Of a stretch of 64,000 nt of DNA, positions 47,800 to 60,856 are shown piece after piece. Position 1 is the first letter of the stretch; the number at the start of each line of letters is the position of its first letter. Location: positions 4,774,001 to 4,838,000 of the forward strand of contig JBHGNT010000014.1 in the NCBI GenBank assembly GCA_043228905.1, read 5' to 3'. The DNA comes from Azolla caroliniana (Eukaryota > Plantae > Polypodiophyta). The notes beneath the pieces are model-generated. The model was not told the DNA's origin and made no database searches. It worked only from the letters and a program-made list of their open reading frames with translations. The translations under genes and the position numbers were made by a program.

Positions 47800-50700
47800 G
47801 TCCGGCCAAAATTGGAGCCATTTGGTTGGACAACCCTAGATATGTACAACCTAGTGTGGGTTCCATTTCTTCCAAGCATGTTAGGAGAGTCTTCTCAGCC
47901 CTAGTACAAGTTAGGACACCCAGTTGTCAACTTCAAGTCCAAGCCCTCTTAGATACTGGAGCCAATTCTTGTTTCATGGATAGAGATTTTGCCCAAAAAC
48001 ACCAAATATCCTTGCATACACTTCCTTGTCCAGTTTCCGTAGTAGTGATTGATGGACGCCCCATAGCTTCCGGGAAGATATTTGAAGAGTCTGAGCCAAT
48101 ACACATACTCTTGGGTGATTTAGGATGTGTAGTTTCCTTTAACATAATCCGTAGTCCTGAGCATCCAATTGTCCTCGGTTTGCCATGGTTCGAGCTACAT
48201 AACCCTAGAATCGATTGGAGGAAGCGAGAAATTAGGTGCCCTTTAGCAGAAAATATCATTGTCAAGGATCGAACTCGGGATTATCCTCCCAAAGTATATA
48301 GTTCTACTGATGCACCATATCCTTCTCATAAAATTTCAGCCATCACATTGCAACAATTGCACCAAGTGGGAGGCAAGGAGGACCTTTTCTTATTTGCAGT
48401 ATCAGTGACACCTTCTAGTGTCACTCAAGGGAATTCAAACATCCAAATTCCCAAAAAATATCAAGACTATGCTGATGTTTTCGACAAAGTCAAAGCTAGT
48501 GTTCTTCCAAAGCATCGGCCGTACGACTGTCCTATTGATCTCCAACCAGGAAAAGAGCCTCCGTGGGGTCCGATTTACAATTTATCACCCACTGAGCTTG
48601 AGGTTCTTCGAGAATACATCGAGGAAAATCTTGCACATGGGTTTATTCGACATTCAAAGTCTCCAGCTGGTGCTCCTATCTTTTTTGTGAAGAAAAAGGA
48701 CGGCTCCCTTCGTTTGGTCATGGACTATCGAGGCTTAAATAAAGTCACCATAAGGAATAGGTATGCTTTACCTTTAATCTCCAATCTCTTAGAACGCATT
48801 GGTGGGGCAAAGCATTTTACCAAAATTGATCTAAGGGGTGCATATAATCTTGTTCGAATTCGGCCAGGAGATGAGTGGAAAACAGCATTTCATACTCGGT
48901 ATGGTCATTTCGAGTATACAGTCATGCCTTTTGGGCTCACAAATGCACCTGCCGTATTCCAACATATGGCAAATGACATCTTCCGGGATTTCTTGGATAT
49001 TTTTCTAATCATCTACCTAGATGATCTATTGATTTACTCTAAAACACAGGGGGAGCATGATATACATGTGCGGCAAGTACTTGAACGCCTAAGGAAGTAT
49101 GGTCTTTACGCCAAACTTGAGAAATGCAGTTTTGATTGCAAACAAGTCGAATGTTTGGGATACACTATTTCATCCCAGGGTGTTTTCATGGACCCGGCAA
49201 AAGTCCAAACAATATTGGAATGGAAACCCCCATGCTCAGTTCGGGATGTCCAGTGTTTCCTCGGATTTGCGAACTTCTATCGCATATTCATACATAATTA
49301 TTCAAGCATTGTGTTGCCCCTTACTCGACTCACCAAGAAAAATCAAGCATTTTTTTGGAGTATCGAAGCAGACAAGGCTTTTACGCAGCTGAAAGACGCA
49401 TTCACATCAGCACCCATCCTAGCACATATTGATCCTGAAAAGCCATTTACTATTGAGGCGGATGCATCAGACTTTGCATTGGGGAGTATCCTATCGCAAC
49501 CAGGCGAGGACGGGCAGATACATCCAATCGCGTTTCACTCGAGAAAGTTTACTGTTTCGGAGATAAACTATGAGGTGCATGACAAGGAGTTACTAGCTGT
49601 GGTCGACTCATTCGAGCAATGGCGTCATTTTCTAGAAGGATCACCTCATCAGATTATCATTTATAGTGATCACAAAAATCTCACATATTTTCAAACAGCT
49701 CGAGTATTAAATAGACAACAAGCTCGGTGGGCCCAATTTCTAACGCGTTTCGATTTCAAGATCATTTTTCGCCCCAGAAAACAACAAGGGAAAGCAGATG
49801 CTCTGTCTCGGCGTTCGTATCTAGCACTTCGACCTGGAGATCCGGCCTTTGACAATCAAAAGCAAACTCTCCTCGGGCCATCAAAGCTACAGGTAACAAC
49901 AATTTATGCCACACCACTTGATTCTACCCTTCTTGACACTATTCGGCAACAACTTCATTCGGATGATTTTGCTAAGGATGTCTTCGCCCACTGTGGTTCA
50001 AGTCGTCCATCTTGCTCCACATTGCCAGGGTCATCTCAACATTATCAGGACTTCAAGTGGCAAGATGGTTTACTCTTCTACAAGAATCTCCTTTACGTCC
50101 CCGACGGATCACCCCGACTTCAAGTGTTGGAACATTGTCATGATGCCCCCATGGCTGGACATTTTGGTATTTCCAAGACCATTGAGCTGGTGAAACGTTC
50201 GTTTTGGTGGCCTCACTTGCAAAAATTTGTCGAAGATTATGTTCGCACTTGTGACACCTGCTGTCGCGCCAAAATACCCTGGCATCACCCTTATGGCTTA
50301 CTACAACCATTACCCCCTCCCAACAAGCCATGGCAATCTATTTCTATGGATTTCATTACAGATCTGCCACCTTCCAAAGGCTTTGATACTATTTTAACAG
50401 TAGTGGATCGGTTCACCAAGATGGCACATTTTGTACCATGTGTAAAGACCATCAATAGTGAAGAAACTGCAGATCTCATTATGCGTGAAGTGTTTCGCCA
50501 TCATGGTCTCCCGAATGATATTATTAGCGATCGAGGTCCTCAATTTATCTCACACTTTTGGAAGCACCTATGGGCAGGCCTCAAACTCTCTTGCAAAATC
50601 TCTTCGGCTTTGGAAGCACCTATGGACAAACAGAGCGCACAAATCAAACGCTCGAGCAATATCTTCGATGTTTCATTAGTTATCAACAAGATGATTGGAG

Positions 50701-51400
50701 TAAAATTTTACATCTTGCCGAGTTTGCATACAACAACACGGTTCACTCTTCTACCAAAGTTACACCTTTCTTTGCCTACACCGGCAACCACCCTCGATGG
50801 TGTATACTGGATCTTCCCGAGGTGTCACGAAACCCTAGTGCGGCGCATCACCTCCACTGACTACAACAAATCCAGTTCGAGTTATCGTCACATCTTCAGA
50901 AAGCGCAAGCACACCATAAGACCAATGCCGATCGACATCGTCTTAAGTCTCCGTTTAAGGTTGGTGACCGTGTATGGTTGCTTCGTCGTCACATCAAGAC
51001 TACCCGACCGTGTGCTAAGCTTGACTATCAACGCTTAGGTCCTTTTGTCATCACGGCGCAGATTAATGATGCAACATTTCGTCTTAACCTTCCTGCACAT
51101 ATGCGACTTCACCCTGTCTTTCATAGCTCACTTTTGGAACCTTGCCACACCTCTTTAATTCCTAATCGTGTCGTGCCACCACCGCCTTCTGTACAACTTG
51201 TGGACGGCCCCGAATACGAGGTAGCTGCTATTCTCGATTCTAAGATTGTGCGCAATAAGCTTTATTATCTAGTTGATTGGCTTGGTTATCCTCCAAGTGA
51301 TCGCACTTGGGAACCCACGTTTGTAATGCTGAAGCTCTGGTCAACGACTTCCATCGTCACTATCCAAACAAGCCCGGCCCAACAATGTTAACGCCGACTT
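47787..51400 (+). pseudogene. Chromovirus Pol (PR-RT-RH-INT-chromodomain), -1 frame relative to gag, integrase disrupted
   Basis: LLDTGA, YLDD, EADASD, ISMDFITDLP, IISDRG and EYEVAAILDSK...YLVDWLGYPPSDRTWEP motifs. Frameshift at about 50611 and a stop at 50858. Confidence 0.9.
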
Positions 51401-52103
51401 CCACTCGGCGTTCTCGAAGGAGGGATAGTGTCATGAACACATGACCATTATGGCGTCACTCGGACTTGAACCTCGAACCTTGTAATTCATACTTGAAAAC
51501 CTCAACCATTAAGATAGCTTATTGTTATATGAAACAATAAAAGCTACTTCTTGTATTACATTGATTATTGTAAAAACTCTAGATTATTCTAGAATGTTCT
51601 AGAATGTCCTAGAGCATTCTAGGTCTAGAACATTCTAGAACATTCTAGAAATCTCTAAGCTATTCTATAGGAACCTATAAATAAGCGCATACATGTATTC
51701 TCAAATCAATTTGAATCAACACCAGTCTTTAGCTCTCATTACATATCTTGTATCCATTCTCTTTCTTTCTCTATCTTATACATACATTCTTCTCTATCCT
51801 TCTTCCATCACTCTATCTTTTATCCTTGGTTCTGACAATAACTAACTCTCCTATACTTAACTACTTGCGTTAACTATATTTATTCTCATATACAACATGG
51901 GCTATTTACAAGTATAGCCATAATGGGAACATTTAGGCTACTTACAAATATAACCTAGTCGGATTTGATCGATTCAATTATTAGTCGAATCAGTTATTGA
52001 TCGGTTATGGGTTAGTCGATTTTTCGGCCTCAGTTGAGTTACCTATCAACTCCATCCAATTTGGCTCGTGTTCTTCCCATCCAGAGGGACCTGTTTCCCA
52101 ACA

Positions 52104-53800
52104 TAAACCAATAGCATTTGAGAGTAAGAAACTTGATTTTGCTCAATGTTGGTATACCGTTCAAGAAAAGGAATTATTTGCAGTTATCCATGTGCAAAGT
52201 CACCCTGGTTTGAGATTTTCCTAAGTTCAAAAAGATAAGACTTTTTAATGCCATGATGCACCCTCAGCAGGGCACCCTAGAATACATCACACACTCGTTC
52301 TCATCTCCACTCAATTCTGCTGGCCTAATATGTGTCTTGACATACATAGCTATGTGACTAAATCTCACTAGTTTCAAGTTAACAAAGTCGAGTTACTCAA
52401 AGTCGTTGGACTTTTATATCCCTTGAAAATTCCCAACAATAAGTGGGAAATTATATCCATGGATTTATTGTTACTAAAACCACAGTAAGAGCTCCTGAAT
52501 TGGTTTACCAATTCATTGATGAGTTTTTTTTTTTATGAGTTACCGATGGATATCGTGAGTGATTGAGATATAAAGTTTTCTAACGACTTTTGGAGGCAAG
52601 CCTTTAAGAAGTTAGAAACTACATCAAGCATGAGCTCCACGGATCATCCTCGATCCAATGGACAGACAAAACAAGTCAATCAAATTATTGAGGACATGCT
52701 TCGAGCATACATTGGTGAAAAGCCAACAAAATGGGAACGTTATCTCCCAATTTTGGAGTTTGCTTATAATAGCTCCAAACATACATAGACGGGATATAGT
52801 CCTTTGATGTTGATGTATGGTTTTCAGCCATGAGCCCCGATTGATGTTAATATACATCATGATGAGTTGCGAAGTACGCAAAACTTTCTAAGGGATATGC
52901 AAGATATGTTGCACATTGCACGAGATAATATAAAAATAGCTTAGGATAGAGCGCGTTTTTATCCCGACCATAATAGGCAACCTCGTGTATTCAACCCTGG
53001 AGTGAAGGTATTTCTACTTGTGCCTCACAATTCTAAGACATTGTCTACATGTAAGTGTGCTAAGTTAGCCCCACAATTTTGTGAACCTTTTACAGTCCTC
53101 AAACACATTGGTTCATCAACCTATTGCCTCTCTCTTCCTGATGGTGTCGAAATCCATCCAGTTTTCCATGTAAGTCATCTAAAAGAACTGCTTGGTTTTG
53201 GCGACAATATAATTACAATTGAAACTCTGGTTACTTCTGAAGATTTGACTTCTAAACCACATGTACTACAGAGAATTCTTAATGTTAAAACGAAATATTT
53301 GCGTTTTAAAATAATATGAGAACTTAAAATTAAATGCATCTAGATAAACCTACTAGAAAAGATGCTACATGGAAAGAGAAAACACCATTAAAACTAACCT
53401 CCCTAACTTTTCATTGCAAGAGTGCAATGTTTTAAAGAGGGGAGTATGTTATGGGCATGACCATAAATGATCCCATGGTATTGTACCGTAGTATTCTATA
53501 CACTTGGATAAAGTGTGAGGGTTAAATGAGAGTGTAAAGAAGGGAGGATTACTTTTAATCATAGGAATTGAGACAATCCATTAAGGCCAAGTGTGAGCTT
53601 GTTTGGGGGCCTTAGGTCTGGGTATAAATATGAGGCCTAGCTACCCTCATTTGATAGATTATCAACTACGCTGAGACTCTGATCTTGTGGTAAACTACTC
53701 TTGTAGCGAGCGCGTAAATACCATGTACGACTCGATACCAGGGCAGTGGTATGAGACGTCGATTGAGGCTCGAGTCCATCTTGATCCCTTTTCTTGGGGG
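52104..53800 (+). mobile_element. Old Gypsy relic (RNase H, integrase, chromodomain-like end, PPT, partial LTR from 53447)
   Basis: PIAFESKKL..EKELFAVIH, HP.SNGQ...NQIIEDMLRAY, EFAYNSS and IHPVFHVS motifs; AGAGGGGAG followed by TGTT. Confidence 0.75.
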
Positions 53801-54800
53801 TGTTGGGAATTCAATCCCTCCGGATGGGATCCGGATGAGAAGAAGAGGAGCTGGATCGAACGGATCCGGTGGGAACCGGATCCAGGGACATATCTGTAAA
53901 TATGTTTCTAGTGTGCCTGTCATGGCTATATTTGTAAATAGTCCTAAATTCATATAAGTATAAATATGACTTAGGGCAATCACTTGATTGTGTTGTTATC
54001 ATTGTTATTATTGTTGTACAGAGGTTGTGGAGAGAGAAAGAGAGAGAGAGAGAGAGATACAGAAAACCTTTTCTGTTGTAACCGCCGGTTGGCGAAGGTA
54101 TAGAGCTAGAGGTCGTTGCCTCTGAGTTTCCTATTGTACCCCTATCTCTTATAGTGATGGTTGGAGTTTGTGGGCTCCCATGGTTTTTCCTTGTTAGGGT
54201 TTTCCACGTAAACATCCAGTGTCCTCTCTGTTGTCTGTGTAAGTGCATTTATCTCCATTTTTGTTTTGTTCTTCCATTGAGTTTAAGACTCGGTTGTTGC
54301 AGAGCGCTATTCCGCACAAACTGGTATCAGAGCGAACAACAAATGGAAGAGTAATTCAAAAGCATGTTCAAGGTCACTGGATCCAACTACCCAGTGTGGA
54401 AGTCGAATATGAGGGACAAGAAATCGGACAAGATCGATGCCACGATGTGGGAGGTGATGCATATGAAGACGATGGCATACATTAGATGCTTCATCGACAT
54501 GAGCCTGTACAACAACTTTAATAAAGAAAGTAAGGCTCATGTGCTCTAGGAGAAAATTGGTACCATGTTGGAGAGTAAAAACGACGTAAATCGGGTTTCG
54601 GTATTCCGGAAGTTAGTGAGACTCCGGTACCAGGACGGATCCAGCATGGCGGAGCACATGAATGCATTCCAAGGGCTCATAAATCAAACAAACTTGCTGG
54701 AAGTACCTCTAGCCGACGAGGTACTCACGTTGCTACTACTCGGTTCCCTCCCGAATAGTTGGGAGACGCTAGTTGTCACTTTTGGCAACATCGGGCCGGA
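53801..54800 (+). mobile_element. Truncated Copia A6 (LTR 53801-54318, PBS, gag fragment)
   Basis: LTR homologous to 4802-5315, PBS at 54322-54333, gag MFKVTGSNYPVWKS. Confidence 0.85.
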
Positions 54801-55102
54801 GTTCATATATCTCGTGTTCTGATACATGTGTCAATATTGTTTGGTCATTTTTGGGAAAAACAAGAATATCACAATTTAGGACAAAACCATTTCACACTTA
54901 CTTTGCCACCCCAAGTGCATTATCAAACAAGTTGTCCAATCCATACAACCCGAACAAGAATGATAGAAAACCAAATTTGTTTTTTTAATGAGAATGCATA
55001 ATGTAGACTATCTAGCACACATATGATGATACCCTATTTGAAATTGGTCGATCTATCTTATATATCCATTGTCATGTAATACTCAAATTTTGCCGACCAT
55101 GG

Positions 55103-55695
55103 TGTTAGGAAACAGGTCCCTCTGGATGGGGGGGATAGCATGAGCCGGACTAGAGTTCGAGGAACCAACCGGATGGAGAAGAACGAGCCGAATCAGGTGG
55201 ATCCGAGGAAGAAGAAAGACCGGATCGGATACGGAGACGCATCCGGTAGGATCTGGATGAAGTATCAAGAAAGGCCAGTTTTGTAAATAGGTTTTGTCGT
55301 GCCTATTTAAGGCATATTTGTAAATAGCCCCAAAAGTTGTATTAGTATAAATACAACTAGGGTAAAACATTATATGATGAAAGTTGTTGTTGATATAGTA
55401 GACTGTGTTGTGTGAGAGAGAGTGAGGGTTAGAAGTAACTGTGTTGTAACCGTCTATTAGATGAAGACGAGCTCGAGGTTGTTGCCTACGAGTTTCCTTG
55501 TATCCTCTTATATATAATGTAACAGTTCAGAGTCTGTGGGCTCCTATGGTTTTTTCCCTTTCAAGGATTTTCCACATAAACATCATGTGTCTCTGTACTC
55601 TTGTTTTTCCATCTTCTATGTTTTCTGTCAGTTCAACCTTTGCACCCACATACACATTAGGGAGAACCAATTGTGGCTGGTTGGATCCTCAGACA
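55103..55695 (+). repeat. Diverged solo LTR, Copia A group
   Basis: Starts TGTTAGGAAACAGGTCCC and shares ATATTTGTAAATAGCCC and TTTTCCACATAAACATC blocks with other A LTRs. The 3' end is uncertain and no TSD was seen. Confidence 0.6.
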
Positions 55696-55909
55696 TAGCT
55701 CACAAGAATGATAATGGGTAGTTGCCAACCTACTACAACATACTCTAATGTTTTTTTCGAAGGGTATTTCCTAGAAAATATATGCATATCCTTGTGTTAT
55801 ATCAATATGCAATGGGGTTCCAATGTGGGAATTAACAAGCCACAATGATTGCATTTCATTTGTATAATTACATGTGTGAACAATATATGTTGTTAGAGAA
55901 CATGGATGA

Positions 55910-56363
55910 TGTTACGAGCATGACCATAATTTATCCTGTGGTTAGTTGTACCATAGTATTCTACACACAAGGATAAAGAAATAGGGTTAATCAAGATTGT
56001 AAAGAAGGGAGGATTACTTTCAATCATAGGAATTGAGTCAACCCATAAGGTCCAAGTGTGAGCTTGCTTGGGGGCCTTAGGTCTGGCTATAAATATGAGG
56101 CCTAGCTACCCTCGTTAGTCATATCATTCGACTCCATCGAGATAGTGATCTTGTGGTGAACAGTCTCTTGTCACGAGCATGCCAGTAATAGGTACGACTC
56201 GATGTCATGGCAGTGGTATGAGACACCAATCAAGGCTCAACTATATCGATCCCTTCACTCGAGGCTGGTTGGGTGGATCGACACCCTTCTTTCTCTCTCT
56301 TACTCTTATCTAACTATCATTTATTTTCTTATTTCATGCTTACATTAGAAATAATCTCTAACA
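55910..56363 (+). repeat. Solo LTR homologous to the LTR at 53447
   Basis: TG...CA ends with long shared blocks (AAGAAGGGAGGATTACTTT, GGGGCCTTAGGTCTGG, TATAAATATGAGGCCTAGCTACCCTC). Confidence 0.75.
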
Positions 56364-58429
56364 ATTGAGCATCAAGAACCATCATACTAAGAGACTTTGT
56401 CTTCCATGTGAATATATAAAAGAAGGGTCACACTTGAGAACAATGCCACAAGCTCAAGCAAAAGGCCATGTCACTAGACCTTTGGCAATTCTTGAATTCT
56501 TGAGGTTCATACCAAACATATAAGTAAATTTCTAATCTTATCAACATCATTGAGACTAAATGATTTACTTCCTTTGAGTGGATATTTATGGGTCTTTGAC
56601 ATAATTCTTGTTGGACTCTAGTAGCACTTTATTCAATGTGTTACAAGCAATTATTTCAAGTATTTTTGCACATCTTTTCTTAAGAGTTCTAGTTTCCAAG
56701 AAACAAAGACTATTTGGTAGTCTTATTGGAAATTTGAGATGTTTTTCTAGACAACTACTACTAGTTAATGCCTACATGTAATGTTGACCACAATCTTCAT
56801 CTCCTACATGGTGTTGCACTTGTATCTATTCCTTCCTTGGAATTGACTTTGTCAATTAAAGAAAGATGAGATCAATCCTCAACTTGAGGATTACTTAAGA
56901 ATGGGGCACATTCGTTAGTATATGGCATTCTAGGTTGTGCTTGTCCTATTATAGGGGAATTATGATGAATCATGGTGATTATGTATCAACTATCGTTGTT
57001 TGAATGAAATCTTGTCATATCATCATATTTAAATTTCATGGAAATTATGTTTCCACATCAATTACTTAGTTGGTGCATTTGAGTGAGGGGTACAAAATCA
57101 TGTTTGTCAAATACTAGAGAAAGTGAAATTATGGTCTATCCCTTATAATGTCCAAGAACTTGGTTATATCTATTTCTTGTAAGATACCATTTGCAATAAC
57201 TAATAATTGACAATAAGTTTAGTATCCTCCTACAAGGTCAAATGTTCAAGTCGACAACGTTAATACTTTGCAATTATTTTATAGATGAATCCTTAAACAT
57301 GTTTCAAGAACATGAGTCATAGTCTCCTTCATCTATCTTACTTGATTCATTGGAGAGTAGGAAACTTTCTTCTACTCAGTATCAATACACGGTTGATAAA
57401 AGGAACTTTTTGAGATCAAGAATGCACAAAGAAATAGGGAGATACTACCTATATGGAAATCATTTTAGGGTAACTATGGATCGGTAGTCCTTGAAATATT
57501 CTATGACCAACGGAACCTCATGGGCCATATGGCACAATGGGTGTGTTGCAAATTTTCGAACAATAAAAACATAGTGAAACACATGGAGGACTCATAGGAT
57601 TAATAGAAATCATAGAGATGATGAAAAATATGGCATATTAGATATCAATATAAAGGAGGCTAATCTCCTCTATCAAGGTACCTTATTCAATCAATGGACT
57701 CTCGTTTCCTTTTACATGGGTAAGATGTCATTGCCTCATGTTGCACATGTGTGCCTCTCTAATTGATTGCCACATATCCCGTATGCATGGGCAGTTCTAT
57801 TGTGGCTTTGGAAATTGCAGACTAACCTATTAATTTTCAAAAGAAAATGATATGCCTTTATGGTTAAGCCATATAACCTTAAATATGTAGGTGGTATGTT
57901 GAATTCACAATAAGTTACACTTTTCTTTATCCTTTGCCCATTTCACTTCAACACTTTGACTTCAATATTTAAGCTTGTGCTCCAATAGGGTGATGCTCAT
58001 TCAAGATGATCCTCAGTCAAGACTTTCATTTTTCATTAGATATCTTATGACAATTTGTCAAAACTGTTGTTAATACTTTTAAGTCATATTAATGAGGTTA
58101 ACATGATTATTTTCATTAACAATTTGATCATTATGATCACCTTTGAGGAAATTACCTTGATGATAATTTGTTTTAAAAATCTTGGGCAAGAGCTAAATCA
58201 AGTATAGATGTTATTAGATATTGAATCCTTGAAGGGAACTTTCCACATTGCTAACGGTCTACTGAAGCGTAGTGGAATACGTTGTACTCACCTATGATGC
58301 ATCCTAATATTAATGATTATGTGACTAAAATTCACCATTCTCAAGTTACAAATGGATATAAAGAGTGACAGAAATTTCTAGTTTACTATTGAATTTTCTA
58401 TTGTGGACATTGAAACTATCTTCAACACG

Positions 58430-59375
58430 GGCACCATAGCCCAACATCACTCCAATGAACCAAGTGAACAAAGAGATCAAGTCAATGAGGATGTACTTCG
58501 AGCTTATGGGAACAATAACTCCCTATCATGGAGCTTTCTCCAAAAATACATCGATTGGATTTAGTCCTTTGATATTCATGCATGACTTTTATGTTGCATA
58601 TTGCACAACAAAAGGTACGATTGCTCCAAACACAACACAACTTTATGCCAAATAACATTTGCAACATCATGAATTTAACCCTACTCATAAGGTATTTCTA
58701 TGTGTGTTTCCAAACTCTAAGACTTGATCTACAAGTAAATGCGCTAAATTAGCCTCACAAATTTGTGAAACTTAGTCCTCAAAAAGTATCGGTTCGTCTG
58801 CCTAATTGATCAATCTTCTAATTGACAAAACACATTTCCCTCAAAAATCATTGGAAGAGTGCAATCCTCCTTTGTTTTATGGGGGGAGGGGGAGGGTGGT
58901 GTATATTCGAGCATAACCATAATTGATCATGAGATTGGTTTTCCATAGTTTTCCATAATCTTATGATGAGTACATGTGGATTGGTTTCAAAAGGAATGAG
59001 GTTATGAATTGAATATTACAAACTATTAAGTGTGTTATCACTTAAACATTTCACATGAAGTAGTCAAGTGTGTAAACATACCAAGGCCTAGGGTTTCACC
59101 TATATAAGAAAGTTATCTACCTTTCTATGGAGGCTTGACCTATTTCAAGACACTTGTCGTGTGGATATGGCTCTTGTTCGCAATGTAGGTGCAATCCTTG
59201 CAAAACCCCAAGGTACAAGCCAAGTCCACACTCAATGGTTTGGGACATCGAGGGTATTCAGGATCATCTCGCATTGTCGTTAGGGGTTGGTCCAATACAC
59301 CTCTTTCCTTGCTTTGGGCCATCTTCCCTTAAATTTTGCTTAGTTATTTGTTAGCCTCTACCTTCTTTCCTAACC
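58430..59375 (+). mobile_element. Highly decayed Gypsy integrase end, PPT and LTR
   Basis: Patchy similarity to 52620-53460 (GCTAAATTAGCC.CACAA.TTTGTGAA, AAGAGTGCAAT). A G-rich tract at 58881 is followed by an LTR-like start. Confidence 0.45.
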
Positions 59376-60856
59376 CATGATACATTGCCATTGGTCTCAT
59401 TCACAAAGGTATCCATTGATGGGGAGAGAAAATAAACAAACAAATAAGGACAAGAGAGATTTTACAATCATTCTTGGGTCATCTATGATGTATGGAACCA
59501 TAGTACGCATGCAATTGAGTATTGACACTCAAATTTCTGAAATTTTACTACTAGTTGTTACAATCAAAAGTGCACATTATGATTTTGAGAGGAATATGTG
59601 TAGGGAATGGACTACACTGATCATGTGTAGAAAGTAAACTTGAATGTTGTCAATTGTAATGTATTGTATTAGATGTGTGATACACTTAATTCGAAACTTG
59701 TTTAGGGAAAAGCATATTTAGTCAACAAGTCTCCTCATTTATGCTCAAAACCCCATCTTCTACCAAAGAGAATGTGAACTAAGTAAGTCATATGGAAGCA
59801 TTGATGCAAATGTCAATCAAAGAGAGAACCTAACATGTAATTGAGCTAGATATCCCCATTCAATGAAGATGGTTTTGTGGTTTAATGCAACATAATGTGT
59901 ACATTATGGCCATCTGCATCTTTCTGAACTATGATACATTATCGTCGCAAAAAAAACTCATTTAAAAGCCTCCATTGTGTCAAAGCTTTGTTTTGAGAAC
60001 GAGACATTTTATTTCTTCACCATTGCATAGTTTTCCCATGCATCTTTATCCTTTCTAAGTGATGGGCATGCATTCTTTCCACCATATGATTAGAAGGAAC
60101 TGTAAGTTCAAGATATTTGAAGCTTTTTAGAATTTCAAGTGGCTCACTATTACATACAATTCATGGTTTATTTTGATTTTTAATCTTGGATACATAGCCT
60201 TCATTTTGGGGCTATAGACACCCAACTTAGTACACGTACAAAAAGTTTTCCAATGCACCCAAAACTTTAAGACATATTTCAAACTATCTGTAAAAAAACA
60301 CCATTTCATTTGTATACAGAAAAAAAGTGATAACAAGGTTCCCAATAGAAACTTCTTTAATGCCTTGTTTTACAAACTCATTGATTATTTGTTCCAAAAC
60401 ATCAATGCATAAACCAAAGGCATCTTGTTTCAATCATTTGAAGACATTAAGATATATGTATAATGTACTATTATTGAAAGGTTTATATAGACTAATGTTT
60501 TAATATAAAGGTGACATTAAGATATACGTACTATTATTGAAAGGTTTATATAGACTAATGTTTTAAGATGAAGTTGGTAGTAGTGTCGCAGGTTCAAATA
60601 ATGCAACACTTGGGTCATAAAATAGTAAGAAAAAAATATTATGTACAGGGAAAAGGGGAACTTATCATTCACAATCTCTACACATCTCGATTCTACCCTC
60701 TCATTCAAACATTAGAATTTGAGCTATACAAATGCATAAGCTTGATGCAATCTCGTTGTATAAAGAAATATTATGTACAGGGAAAAGAGGGACGTTATCA
60801 TTCACAATCTCTATACATCTCTGATTCTGCCCTCTCATTCAACATTAGAATTTGAT

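Larger units (their letters stand above)
46157..51837 (+). mobile_element. Young chromovirus G1b (Tcn1/sushi-like Ty3/Gypsy)
   Basis: 409-bp LTRs 46157-46565 and 51429-51837 (no difference seen), TSD ATAAC, PPT GAAGGAGGGATAG, and gag plus pol with chromodomain. Confidence 0.95.
39783..52103 (-). mobile_element. Degenerate Copia A5; its 5' LTR (41251-52103) is split by a LINE and by chromovirus G1b
   Basis: Gag 40618-41220, protease and pre-integrase relics, PBS remnant 41239-41247. LTR pieces at 41251-41526, 46110-46156 and 51843-52103, the last ending GGGACCTGTTTCCCAACA like other A-group LTRs. Confidence 0.8.

Noticed and set aside
56400-58400. Possible host gene in the AT-rich interval
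   Set aside because: No ORF of 60 aa or more and only faint hints of decayed retroelement sequence; not supportable.
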